Shown piece by piece: positions 51,366 to 62,610 of a stretch of DNA of 64,000 nt. The notes beneath the pieces are model-generated. The model was given only the letters and a program-made list of their open reading frames with translations. It did not search any database and had not been told where the DNA came from. Each line of letters opens with the position of its first letter. Position 1 is the stretch's first letter. A program made the position numbers and the translations under genes. The DNA is taken from contig OX597829.1 in NCBI GenBank assembly GCA_951406725.2, positions 31,062,001 through 31,126,000 of the forward strand, in the 5' to 3' direction. The DNA is from Octopus vulgaris. Lineage: Eukaryota.

Positions 51366-51920
51366 ACCTCATGTTCTGGAGAACACACTCAAGTCAGGAA
51401 AATTTACTGGTAACTTTTCATTTCTAGATTACCTATGAAGCCAACTTATTTTTCACACTGCTCTGGTTCCTACATTGCTGTTCATGAGCTTCTCACCAGA
51501 GTTAACAGCCTTCATACAACCCACACAGATGCCTGTAGATATATATAAAAATCCATCGAACATTCTATTCATCATTTTATTGTGTATATGCGTGTGACCA
51601 CAATGAAAGTGTTAAAGTTACCGACTCATGTTTTATACATTCTTTACCAGGTTCCTACCACTACAACGACATAACAGCCTTCTGAGAGTCATATTAGATG
51701 GCTCAATAACAACCTTCACCATCTAAAGGATTTTAAAAGGGTCACTTTTCTTTTGTATCCAACTTTACCAAATCTCACCTCATATTCTTCGAGAACACAG
51801 CCATGTCAGGAAAATTTGCTGGTAACTATTCATTTCTAGATTACCTATGAAGCCATCTTAATTCATAATTAAATTTAAAAAGGGTCACTTTTCTTTCATA
51901 TCCAGCTTCCCCAAATCTCA
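51366..51920. repeat. Diverged local direct repeats (~85 bp and ~43 bp)
   Basis: GTCAGGAAAATTT.CTGGTAACT.TTCATTTCTAGATTACCTATGAAGCCA at ~51392 and ~51804; AAAAGGGTCACTTTTCTTT at ~51735 and ~51878. Confidence 0.8.
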
Positions 51921-52455
51921 AGAGTATTCACTGAAAGTCAGTGAACTAGACCTAGAGGATCCTTTATTTCTTTTCTTTCTCACAGTCAGCCAGCTGGTAC
52001 TTCAAGAGCTAGGATCCTTGAAGGCCACATCGTCATAGCATCACAGGAGAAAAATCAAGAATATTATTTTCTGTGAGGTTTTGGAATAAATAAGTGAAAA
52101 ACTGTTGCTGTTATAATTACTTCAGTAAAAATATCCTATTTCCATTAACCAAATGGGTTGTACTGTACGCTGGACCTGCAGATTAGTGAACAGAAGTAGC
52201 ACTGCCATTTCTTTTACCACCATTGTCTCTATCACTACCGTCGTCCGTTTCATCAGTACCAACAGTTTCACTATTTATCCCTATCGTCTCTTTCATTACC
52301 ATTGTTTCATTCAGCAGAGTCATCTATTCCAACGCTGGTTGTCTGTTTAACCACTGTCCTCATTGGGATGCCTAGGTAAGCAGTAACACTGCTGGTATTA
52401 ATCTACTAAAACAACTTCGTTTAATAGAAAATACTTCAATAACAACCACAGAATC

Positions 52456-52886
52456 GGATCTTTTCGGTTCGAACGGCAGTTTTTTAAAAATAATTTCAAC
52501 GTAACTAAACACTTTTAAACTTCGTATAGTGGTAGAATGTGTCTATAAAACATCTTTTTCTCTTGGCTTTATTGAGAAAATTCTATAGTTTGTAAAATAT
52601 TTGTTGTTTTTTTCTTCAATTTCTGCAATTTCAACCAATCAATGATGTCTATTGAGGTAAAAAAAAACATTCTGTGCCGAATGAATATGTCCCTCGTTTA
52701 AGAAACAGATTGGGTTTATTTACATTTCAGAAGAAAAAAATATAGCCTTCTCCCCACCTCTAACCTTAACCCTAACTAACCCTAAAACAGATTGAAATGC
52801 AATAGATCGATACTAGGGTCATAATTATGGGTGACAATTTTATATGACACCGCTAGAAAAAACTGCCGTTCAAACCGAAAAGATCC
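52456..52886. mobile_element. GGATC-MITE (431 bp) with internal telomere-like CCCTAA repeats
   Basis: TIR GGATCTTTTCGGTT(C/T)GAACGGCAGTTTTTT; TSD ACAGAATC/ACAAAATC (7 of 8 match). Confidence 0.88.
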
Positions 52887-53574
52887 ACAAAATCTTCAAT
52901 GTGATATTTACAAAGTTTAAAACAACAACAACAACAACAAATAATTAGGAAGCTTCTGTTTGGTTGTCTCATCTGTCAGAAATGGCAGCCTATTTCGTAT
53001 TGAATCACAGCATACTAATCGGAGAATGTAGTTATATTGAACAATGGAATCCAAGATAAATCATGCCCGAAACAAAAAGATGGTAACTTCAAGGTGGAAT
53101 GTCTTTGATCATAAGTCTGCTCCATTAGAGATGACCTCAGAGCTCAACAACAATAACAACAGCAGCGACAACAACAACATCGATGACGACAACCAAATAA
53201 AAATGTTCCTTCCTCTTAGCTATCTCCCAAAATGGAAGAAAAGAAGGTAATCTTTCGTCTCTAGTAGACCTTTCCGTCGATTTCCGTAAAAAAATTTTTT
53301 TTTTTACATATGGGCTTGCGGGAACTTTTGAAGTAATGAGAGCGAAAGAGACTAAGAGAAAGCGATTGTATGACGAGGGAAGTTCTTTTGAAGTTACCGT
53401 GCATGGGAAGCATTGATGTACATGTGTGTGTGTGTGTGTTTGATGGGGTGTGGGAGACAGAAAGTATGTTGTGTAAATGAAGTGCTTGTGTTAGTGTGTG
53501 TGAAGAGACAGAGTAATGTGTGAAAGAAAGAGATAACTGAATTTTTTTACTCGGTGTATGTGTATATGTATGTA

Positions 53575-54787
53575 TCGCAAGAAATGAAGCTAGTATGCTC
53601 CGATGGATGTGTAACGTCAGTGTTCATAATCGACAGAGTGTAAGTACCTTGAGAGAAAAGTTGAACCTAAGAAGTATCAGTTGTTGTGTGCAAGAGAGAC
53701 GTATGCGCTGGTATGGTCATGTGATGAGAATGGCTGAAGATAGTTGTGTGCGAAAGTGCCACACCCTGGCAGTTGAGGGGACCTGTGGAAGAGGTAGACC
53801 CAGGAAAACCTGGGTCGAGGCGGTGAAGCACGACCTTCGAACATTAGGTCTCACCAAGGAAATGACCAGTGACCGAGACCTTTGGAGGTATGCTGTGCGT
53901 GAGAAAACCCGGCAAGACCAGTGAGAACAGTCAAAATCAAGATCAAACCAAATTGAGGTCGATCAACATCAGGGCCCCCGTGCAGGTGACACGTAAAAGT
54001 ACCATCCGTTCGTAGCCGTTCGCCAGCCCTGTCTGGCCCCCGTGTAGGTGGCACGTAAAAGCACCATCCGTTCGTGTTCGTTGCCAGCCTGGCCTGGCCC
54101 CCGTGCCGGTGACACGTAAAAGTACCATCCGTTTGTGGCCGTTTGCCAGCTCTGTCTGGCCCCCGTGCCGGTGACACGTAAAAGCACCATCCGTTCGTGG
54201 CCGTTTGCCAGCCCTGTCTGGCCCCCATGTCGATGACATGTAAAAGCACCATCTGTTCGTGTCCGTTGCCAGCCTCGCCTGGCCCCCGTGCCGGTGACAC
54301 GTAAAAGCACCATCCGTTCGTGGCCGTTTGCCAGCCCTGTCTGGCCCCCATGTCGGTGGCATGTAAAAGCACCATTCGTTCGTGCCCGTTGCCAGCCTCG
54401 CCTGGCCCCCGTGCCGGTGACACGTAAAAGCACCATCCGTTTCGTGGCCGTTTGCCAGCTCTGTCTGGCCCCGTGTTGGTGGCACGTAAAAGCACCATCC
54501 GTTCGTGTCCGTTGCCAGCCTCGCCTGGCCCCGTGCCGGTGACACGTAAAAGGCACCATCCGTTCGTGGCCGTTTGCCAGCTCTGTCTGGCACCTGTGCA
54601 GGTGGCACGTAAAAAGCACCCACTACACTCACGGAGTGGTTGGCGTTAGGAAGGGCATCCAGCCGTAGAAACACTGCCAGATCTGACTGGGCCTGATGAA
54701 GCCTTCCAGCTTCACAGACCCCAGTTGAACCGTCCAACCCATGCTAGCATGGAGAACGGACGCTAAATGATGATGATGATGATGATG
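53575..54787 (+). mobile_element. Young RTE LINE 3' end: ORF2 C-terminus (53595-53924), UTR and (GAT)n
   Basis: MLRWMCNV..RRMRWYGHVMRM..VEGTCGRGRPRKTW..DRDLWR, contiguous with the shared tail. Confidence 0.9.
53972..54620 (+). repeat. GC-rich ~59-bp minisatellite, ~11 copies
   Basis: GGCCCCCGTGCCGGTGACACGTAAAAGCACCATCCGTTCGTG..TTGCCAGC repeated. Confidence 0.95.
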
Positions 54788-55985
54788 ATTACTTCAAAAG
54801 TTCCCGCAAGCCCATATGTATAAAAAAATTTTTTTACGGAAATCGACGGAAAGTTCTACTAGAGACGAAAGATCGCCGAAAAGAATGATTTTGAAATCAA
54901 TATCAGGAAATGATGTAGAGGAAAGATAGCACTGTTTCATCTGCAGGTTCCTATCAAGCAATCCATTTAAAACTGACTTATTCGATGTCTTCTTCGCCAT
55001 TTGCAGTTTTCTTGGATTTTCGCCTCTTCATCTTTATTGTTTCGTTCACGAGTTGTTTATTGTTGGTAGTTATGGTGATGGTGACATACAGTGGTAGTGA
55101 TGGTGGTGGTGATCTTTATCAAGTCTCCACTCATTTCTTTTCCCCACTCCTTCTCTGTGTTTGTAAACTTATTTAATCATTTCATTATTATGCATTTGCG
55201 GTCGATATAGTTGTTGCTAATATTACTTAACAGCCGTAAACCACAGAAACAAAAAAGACATAACCAGCCACGGCAGCGAAGCAATAATAACTGTCCCATT
55301 ACTGTCACAATCATGATGTATGCATTGAATGTGTGCGAATATTTGTTATGTTTGGACGTACAAGCATGCATATATTTATGTGTAGCCCTACACACACGCG
55401 CGCACATACACATACACACAGGTATACATATATTTTACAAATGTATTATGTATACTCTTTTACTTGTTTCAGTCATTTGACTGCAGCCATGCTGGAGCAC
55501 TGCCTTTGAAATGTATGTACATATGCGCAGCGCTAATCTTGTGGCAAGCTTTCTGCAGCCGGATACCCTTATATAGATAGATAATTAGATAGATAGTTAT
55601 CTTTATGTGTGTGTGTGTGTGTGTGTGTGTGCGTGCGTGTATGTATTCATGTATGTGCATGAGTGTGTGTATGCATGCATAGACACACACACACACACAC
55701 ACACACATAAAATGTATGTGTGTGTGTTGAAGTACATCACTTAGTGGTTAGGCTGTTGCACTCATGATCGTCAAGCTTGTGGTTTTGATACCAGGACTTG
55801 ACAATGTGTTGTGTTGTTCAGCAAAACACTCAACTGGCAAAACGTAGTACTCTAGCAACAAATTAGCGTCCTATCCGGGAAAGAAATATATGCATCACAG
55901 GATACAGGAAACCAGTTTTATGAGGCTATGGCTTGGGAAGGACCTTTGACATTTTTCTTTTTGGTATATTTAAATATATATTTGT

Positions 55986-56042
<57 letters not shown>

Positions 56043-56607
56043 TGCAGTCTTTGAATGCTGGGTCTCACGAAGGTGAGGATGAATGCTCAAAACTTTTGGT
56101 GATTTGCTGTGCTTGTGAAGACTCATCAAGCCTAGAGGAATCATAGTTGTGGCCAGTACTGGTGACATGTAAAAGCATCCATACCAGTGACACGTAAAAG
56201 GCACCCACTACACTCTGTGAAGTAGTTGGCATTAGGAAGGGCGTCCAGCTAAAGAAACCAAGTCAAAATCAGACAAACCTGGTACAGTTCTCTGGCTTAC
56301 CAGTTCTTGCTAAATCATCTAATCCATGCCTGCATAGAAAATGAATGCTTAATGGGGATGATATATACTCACACACATCATCATTGTCAAACATCCATGT
56401 TCCATGCTGACATGTATACATATATATATTGTATATGTGTATGTGTGTATGTATATATATAATTTATAAGTAAGGGCAAAAGAAAAAATTTCTAATACCA
56501 AAATATGCCGAAAATAGACACAACGTCAATAACCATGTAATTCATCACTACAAGCACGCGTTTCAAAGAAAGCCGACAAGAATTTCTAAAAAATCCCATT
56601 ATTACCA

Positions 56608-56661
56608 TATCAGACCCGATTTCAGAGTTAGTTCATATGAACCTTCCCTTCATCAGTGATA
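56608..56661 (-). ncRNA. Type I hammerhead ribozyme motif
   Basis: Minus strand reads TATCA-CTGATGA-AGGG aa GGTTCA ta TGAACT aa CTCT-GAAA-TCGG-GTC-TGATA. Stem I is 5 bp, stem II is extended, stem III is minimal and the triplet is GUC. Confidence 0.7.
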
Positions 56662-56866
56662 AATGCGGTACAGAAATAAGTGAAATACTTACTTATACCC
56701 ATGGAAGAAGTGAACACTAAGTCATGAACACAACTAAGTACCCCAAATATATCCAAAATAGAAACTCTCTAGCTCATCTCGAGACACGTGTGATTCGAAC
56801 TAAAAACTCTTGTACAGTGAGATAGTCCAGAAGTGAATACTATTAAATATATATGAATACTATATA

Positions 56867-57268
56867 TAGGAGTGGCTGTGTGGTAAGTAGCTAGCTAACC
56901 AACCACATGGTTCCGGGTTCAGTCCCACTGCGTGGCATCTTGGGTAAGTGTCTTCTGCTATAGCCCCGGGCTGACCAATGCCTTGTGAGTGGATTTGGTA
57001 GACGGAAACTGAAAGAAGCCTGTCGTATATATGTATATATATATATATATATATATGTATGAGTGTCTGTGTTTGTCCCCCTAGCATTGCTTGACAACCG
57101 ATGCTGGTGTGTTTACGTCCCTGTCACTTAGTGGTTCGGCAAAAGAGACCGATAGAATAAGTACTGGGCTTACAAAGAATAAGTCCCGGGGTCGATTTGC
57201 TCGACTAAAAAGGCGGTGCTCCAGCATGGCCGCAGTCAAATGACTGAAACAAGTAAAAGAGTAAAGAG
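56867..57268 (+). mobile_element. tRNA-derived SINE family 1, full length (CORE-like)
   Basis: A-box-like TGGCTGTGTGG, B-box-like GGGTTCAGTCCC, CORE-like CTTGGG(C/T)AAGT, internal (TA)n, and an AAGTAAAAGAGTAAAGAG tail. Confidence 0.9.
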
Positions 57269-57269
57269 T

Positions 57270-57841
57270 ATATATGTGAGAAAAAAGAAAATGGAGAAAT
57301 TGACATATAAACATCAATTTATTAAAACAAGCAAAAACAAACTCTTAACACCTACAGTTGTTTCCATGCTCAAACTCAATTTGAGAAATTACATTAAATT
57401 AAATTGATGATTCCTATTGAATATAGCTAATTGGGCATTTTGTCAGCAGAGCAATTTGATAGAAAGGGGCTACATTCCAATGTGTTGGTAGATCCTTGAT
57501 AGACTCAGGTATGTGTGTTTTTGCATCCAATGTATTTAAAAAATATATTGGACATATTTTTAAATAAATTGGAGGCAAAAATGCACATATCTGAGTCTAT
57601 CTAGGATCTACCAACACATTAGAATGTAGCCCCTTTCTATCAAATTCATCTGCTGATGAAATGTCCAATTAGCTATATTCAATAAGAAACTTTAATTTAA
57701 TTTATTTTAATTCAATTTAATTTCTCAAATTGAATTAATTGAGCATAGAAACACTTGTAGGTGCTAAGAGTTTGTTTTTGTTGAGAATAAAATGTTCTAA
57801 TAACTTGATGTCAATTTCTCCAATTTCTTTTTCTTATACAT
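57270..57841. repeat. Long palindrome, ~275-bp arms, centre ~57550
   Basis: TTTGATAGAAAGGGGCTACATTC.AATGTGTTGGTAGATCCT pairs with AGGATCTACCAACACATT.GAATGTAGCCCCTTTCTATCAAA. Confidence 0.92.
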
Positions 57842-57989
57842 GAACAAAAATATACCCATATCCATCAATGCAAATGTTAACATCTTTAGTTTTTCACTGA
57901 TGCACTGGATAAAACTGGAGAACTTGGATGCTGACATCCATTTAAGATGGTTTTATATCCTTGATTTAATTGTATATTTATAGATATAT

Positions 57990-58589
57990 ATATTTCTGTA
58001 GTGGGTATAATAATATGTGGAAATTGACGATTTAAAAGTTATCAGCATATTGGCATAGAAATAATTTTCTTTTGCCCTTGTTTATAATTTTAACCTTTAA
58101 AGGTATTTTAATATGCTGCCACTTTTTTTTTTGATGAAATTTTTTCTGTAAAAAAACTTCATCCTATATTAGTAGTAGATTTATTACTATTTGCTATAGG
58201 GACTGGTTACCATTATAAGCTGTGGTGGAGAACAGTTCACACGTGTGCTGAGGCTAACCAAAGGATTTTATATTTAGATATATCTGGGGTACTTATATGT
58301 AGGCATGACTTTTGCTTCAGCTTTTTTCCATGGGCGCATGTAAGTATTTCATTTATTTCTATTCGTATTTTCTACTGAAGAGGAAAAGATCTATTATGAG
58401 ATTAATTCCGAAATTGATTCAATATAAAAATAACAAACTCTTTTTTAAAAATTCTGTTGGCTAGCTTTCCTCAATTTCAGCACAACGTATTTCTGTAATG
58501 GGTATAATAATATGTGGAAATTGACGATTTAAAAGTCTGTTATCTGCATATTGGCATAGAAATAATTTCCTTTTGCCCTTGTTTATAAG
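57990..58589 (+). mobile_element. ~500-bp unit bounded by ~100-bp direct repeats, with an internal hammerhead
   Basis: TATTTCTGTA.TGGGTATAATAATATGTGGAAATTGACGATTTAAAAGT...TTTTGCCCTTGTTTATAA at ~57991-58087 and ~58488-58588. Confidence 0.75.
58366..58432 (+). ncRNA. Type I hammerhead ribozyme motif with a complete core
   Basis: TATTTT(C)TA-CTGAAGA-GGAA..TTCC-GAAA-TTG att CAA-TA-TAAAAATA. Stem III is 4 bp, the triplet is AUA, and stem I is 8 bp with one bulge. Confidence 0.7.
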
Positions 58590-58609
58590 TTGTTTATATA
58601 TATATATAT

Positions 58610-59836
58610 ATGGGTCATCCCATAAATAATGTGGTTTTTCAATTGCATGAACTAAAAGTTAGACGAGGAAGGGATAAACTACCAGCATCACCTTGCTATA
58701 AAAGCAGAAATTTTGAAGAGTGCAGTTCAATTTTAACAGTTACTTTTTCAAATGGTAGTGACAAAGGAGTATATTCAGCATATGTTGCTTTATGAGTTCA
58801 ATAAAGGCAACAACACAACAGAAAGTGCGAGGAATGTTAATGCAGTATATTGGGATCGGACAATAAGCATAAACTAGTGTCAATGGTAGTTCCAGAAATT
58901 CTGAGCCAGAAACTACAACTTAGAAGATGTACTTCATCCTGGAAAATCTGTAGAGTTTGATAAGGACATCCTGCAAACGCTGCTGAAACAAAATCTCATC
59001 GTAACTGTTGAGGAACTAGCAGAGAAGCTTGAATTTGGTCATTCAACCATTCATCGACACCTGCATGCCATCAGAAAAGTCAGCAAATTGGGTCAATGAG
59101 TTCCTTACAAACTTTTTGAGTCTAATTGTGTGCAGAGTGAATGTGTGCCCTTCTTTGCTATTACATCTCACAAATGTATCGTTTTTGGACCAAATAGTGG
59201 CTGATGATGAGAAATGGGTTTTCTATAAAAATTTCAAGTGCCAAAGACAGTAGGTAGGGAAAGGAGAGACACCGATATCCCAAGCTAAAGAAGGTTTTCA
59301 CCCATGTAAGGCGTTGTTATCTCCTTGGTGGGATGTGAAAGGTTTAGTCCACTTTGAACTTTTAAACCCACACCAAACAATAACAGAGGAACTCTTCTGC
59401 GAGCAGCTTAAGACAGCACTAGAAGAGAAACAACCATCTTTGATTTCAAGATGAAAGGTCTCCTCCCATCAGAATAATGCCCGGTTACATACAACAAGGA
59501 TGACATTCCAAAGGCTGGAGCCGTTTGAATGGGAGATGATGCCCCATCCACTATATTTGCTGGACATTGCCCCATCATTTATTTCACAGTCTTCAAAGTC
59601 ATTTGGGCAGAAAAAATATTAATTCTCTAGATGAGGTCAGAACAATACTGGAGGAGTATTTTTCATCACTGACAAGTGAATTTTGGAAGTTGGGCTTTGC
59701 AAGTCTACCCAATAGATGGAAGAGCATTGTAGAAAATGAAGGAAAGTATATTTTAGATTAAAAAAGAACTTTGTTTATCTTAATTTTGAAAAATAGAAGT
59801 AGTATAAAAAACTGAATTATTTATGGGATGACCCAA
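58610..59836 (+). mobile_element. Full-length degenerate mariner transposon
   Basis: TIR TGGGTCATCCCATAAATAAT / ATTATTTATGGGATGACCCAA with TA flanks; IVADDEKWVFY, HQNNARLH, HPLYLLDIAP, HLFHSLQ. Confidence 0.92.
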
Positions 59837-60491
59837 TATATATCTTAGTGTGTGTTATCTTCTTCATCATCATTTAACATACATTTTCCTTGCAGGCATA
59901 GCTTGAATGGCTTGACAAGATTTTGCAAAGTGCAAGGCTGTGCTGAGCTCCTCTGTCAGCTTTAACATGTTTTCTACAGTTGGAAGCCCTCCCTAATACC
60001 AACTACCTTACAATGTGTACAGGGTCCTTTTTTTTTTTTTTTACATGCAACCAACACTTTTGTTGTTGTCAAGTAGGTAACAAGGCAGGAAATAACAGGA
60101 AAGAGAAAAGCCCCTATGACTGGGTAATGATGGTATTAGAGAGGGGGAGATAGCTTTATACCTGGTGCTGATAGGTTACAGTACAATAGAGGGACAAAGA
60201 CAAGTGTCTTGCTAAAGAGGACATATATTATATAAGTATGAGTAGTAGTAATTGGGATGAAGATGAATGTGTGTGTGTGTGTGTACCATGCTGGAGCACA
60301 CCTTTTAAGGGTATTTTAATCGAATAAATTAACCCCAGGATTTATTCTTTGTAAGTCTAATACTTATTCTATCAGTGTCTTTTGCCAGACTGCTAAGTTA
60401 TGGAAATGTAAACACACCAATATCAGTTGTCAAGTGATGGTGGGGGAACAAAGACATACACAAATAAATATATACATACGTATATATATAC

Positions 60492-60530
<39 letters not shown>

Positions 60531-60533
60531 ATT

Positions 60534-60897
60534 TCAATTTTGGGGGATTAATCAATATTCGGGTATTCTATTTCAGATAATACAAAAAAATGGCCTAATG
60601 AGTATATCTGACAGTAAACTCATGGTATCAGTTTGCACATCACGAAATAACACTTAACCTTCCAATACGGAAACACGTGTAGTTCCTTCATATTTAATAA
60701 AATTAAGTATTAACTAAAGCATGATATAATTATTGAAGTACATTATATGGCTGATAATTTTGGTTATATCCTTTAAGTATTATTTCGTGATGTGCAAAGT
60801 GATACCATGAGTTTACTGTAAGATATACTCATTAGGTTATTTTTTGTATTATCTGAAATAGAATACCCGCATATCGATTAATCCCCAACAATTGAAT
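60534..60897. repeat. Inverted repeat, ~125-bp arms and ~115-bp spacer
   Basis: CGGGTATTCTATTTCAGATAATACAAAAAA..TTTGCACATCACGAAATAA and its reverse complement at ~60774-60897. Confidence 0.92.
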
Positions 60898-61044
60898 ACT
60901 GACTTTTATCAGATACTTTGTATATTTATAGATAATGTATTATAAATAAACGATAAATAAGACCCCAAAGTGCGATATGTAGATGCATATAACACTGTAG
61001 GGTTACACCTGATTGATTTGGAAATTTGTTTTCCCAAATTATAT

Positions 61045-61288
61045 ATGGCACATAAAAAGCACCATCCGATCGTGGCTGTTGCTAGCCTCCTTTGGCCCCT
61101 GTGCTGGTGGCACGTAAAAAGCACCCACTACACTCATGGAGTGGTTGGCATTAGGAAGGGCATCCAGCTGTAGAAACACTGCCAGATCTGCCTGGGCCTG
61201 GTGCAGCCTTCTGGCTTCCCAGACCCCAGTTGAACCGTCCAACCCATGCTAGCATGGAAAGCGGACATTAAACGATGATGATGATGAT
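61045..61288 (+). mobile_element. RTE 3' tail
   Basis: Homology to 54540-54787; followed by a minus-strand SINE family 1 head (61290-61445). Confidence 0.85.
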
Positions 61289-61454
61289 ATACGATGGGCT
61301 TCTTTCAGTTTCTGTCTACCACATCCATTCACAAGGCTTTGGTTAGCCCGAGTGTATAGTGGAAGACACTTGCCTAAGGTGCCACACAGTGTGACTGAAC
61401 CCAGAACCATGTGGTTGGGAAGCAAGCTTCTTATCTCACAGCCATGCTTGTACC

Positions 61455-61485
<31 letters not shown>

Positions 61486-62610
61486 AAAGAGAGAGAGAAA
61501 ACAGATGAACTAGACAAGGAAATCACAATACACAAAACACACACACATACACACACGCACACACATACACGCACACACACACACACTTATCTCTTCATCA
61601 ACTGTTGACTGAAGTTTGACAGCTTCAGCAACTTTAACAACAGAATTGCTAGCTTCAGCATGCCAAGAGATTTAAAGAAAAATTACCAGAGAAAGATTTA
61701 TCTAAGTCAGGAGAGGGACAATTTGTGAGACAGTGTAGTTTCAATATCAGAGAAGAGAAGACAATAAGTATTCAAGAATATGTGTAAAAGTGTCCAAACA
61801 AATACGGCGGGGGAAAAAAATTAAGTTTGATAATAAGATATTTCAATTAAGAAAAAACAATCTGGAAAAAAATTTCTTTTGTTTTTTTTGCTCTCAGTTT
61901 ATATCAAATAGAACTAATAACAATGATACAGAACAGAGAGTCTTTTGACTGAAGTACAATATAGCAGTGCAAACAGGTAACATAGTATGAGAAGAAATTG
62001 TTCAATATGAAAAAGAGCTGATGGAGGAGAAATCCAGAAAAGAGTAGAGAAAAGCAATCACAGAATCAAAATGAGATGGAGTGTGAGTGGAAAAGAGTAT
62101 TATGAGAAGTGATCTAAAGACATTGTAGGATAGAAGAAATATCAGACAGAGGAGGACAAGAGACAAAGAAAAAGAACTGACTGAAATGCGGGAAAAGAGA
62201 AGGAAGAGAGAGGAAAAGTAATAAAGAAAAAAAGGAGAGAGAACAATAGAGAATGGGAATATGTGGCTTTGTTTATAAGAACCATTGCTGTTTACTTTCT
62301 GCCTACTTATGCTCAGTAAGTTAGCTATTTTGTTGAGGTATGTGGTTTAGTAGTTAGGGCCTGGACTCATTATCGTAAAATTGTGGTTTTGATTTCTGGA
62401 CCGAGTGGTGCATTGTGTCCTTGAGCAAAACACTTCATTTCATGTTGGTCTGGTCCACTCATTTGGCAAAAATAAGTAATCCTGCGATGGACTAGTGTTC
62501 CATCCAGGGAAGAATATATATGCCAAAGAAACCAGGAAACAAAAGCCATGTTCTTTATGGAGTAATGTAGACTAACCAAGTTAGATATTTTATCAGAGAC
62601 TGATGAAATA

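Larger units (their letters stand above)
53246..54877. mobile_element. Non-autonomous DNA transposon (Merlin-like ends) containing an RTE insertion
   Basis: ~90-bp TIRs starting GGTAATCTTTCG / GGCGATCTTTCG; perfect 8-bp TSD GAAAAGAA at 53238-53245 and 54878-54885. Confidence 0.85.

Noticed and set aside
52150-52380. Possible coding exon ending at TAG|GTAAGC
   Set aside because: No recognisable protein in any frame; the open frames are short and low in complexity.
53972-54620. CRISPR-like regular repeat array
   Set aside because: There are no unique spacers and no cas genes; this is a eukaryotic minisatellite.
53851-54737. 215-264 aa minus-strand repetitive ORFs
   Set aside because: They are antisense translations of the GC-rich RTE UTR minisatellite, open in all three frames.
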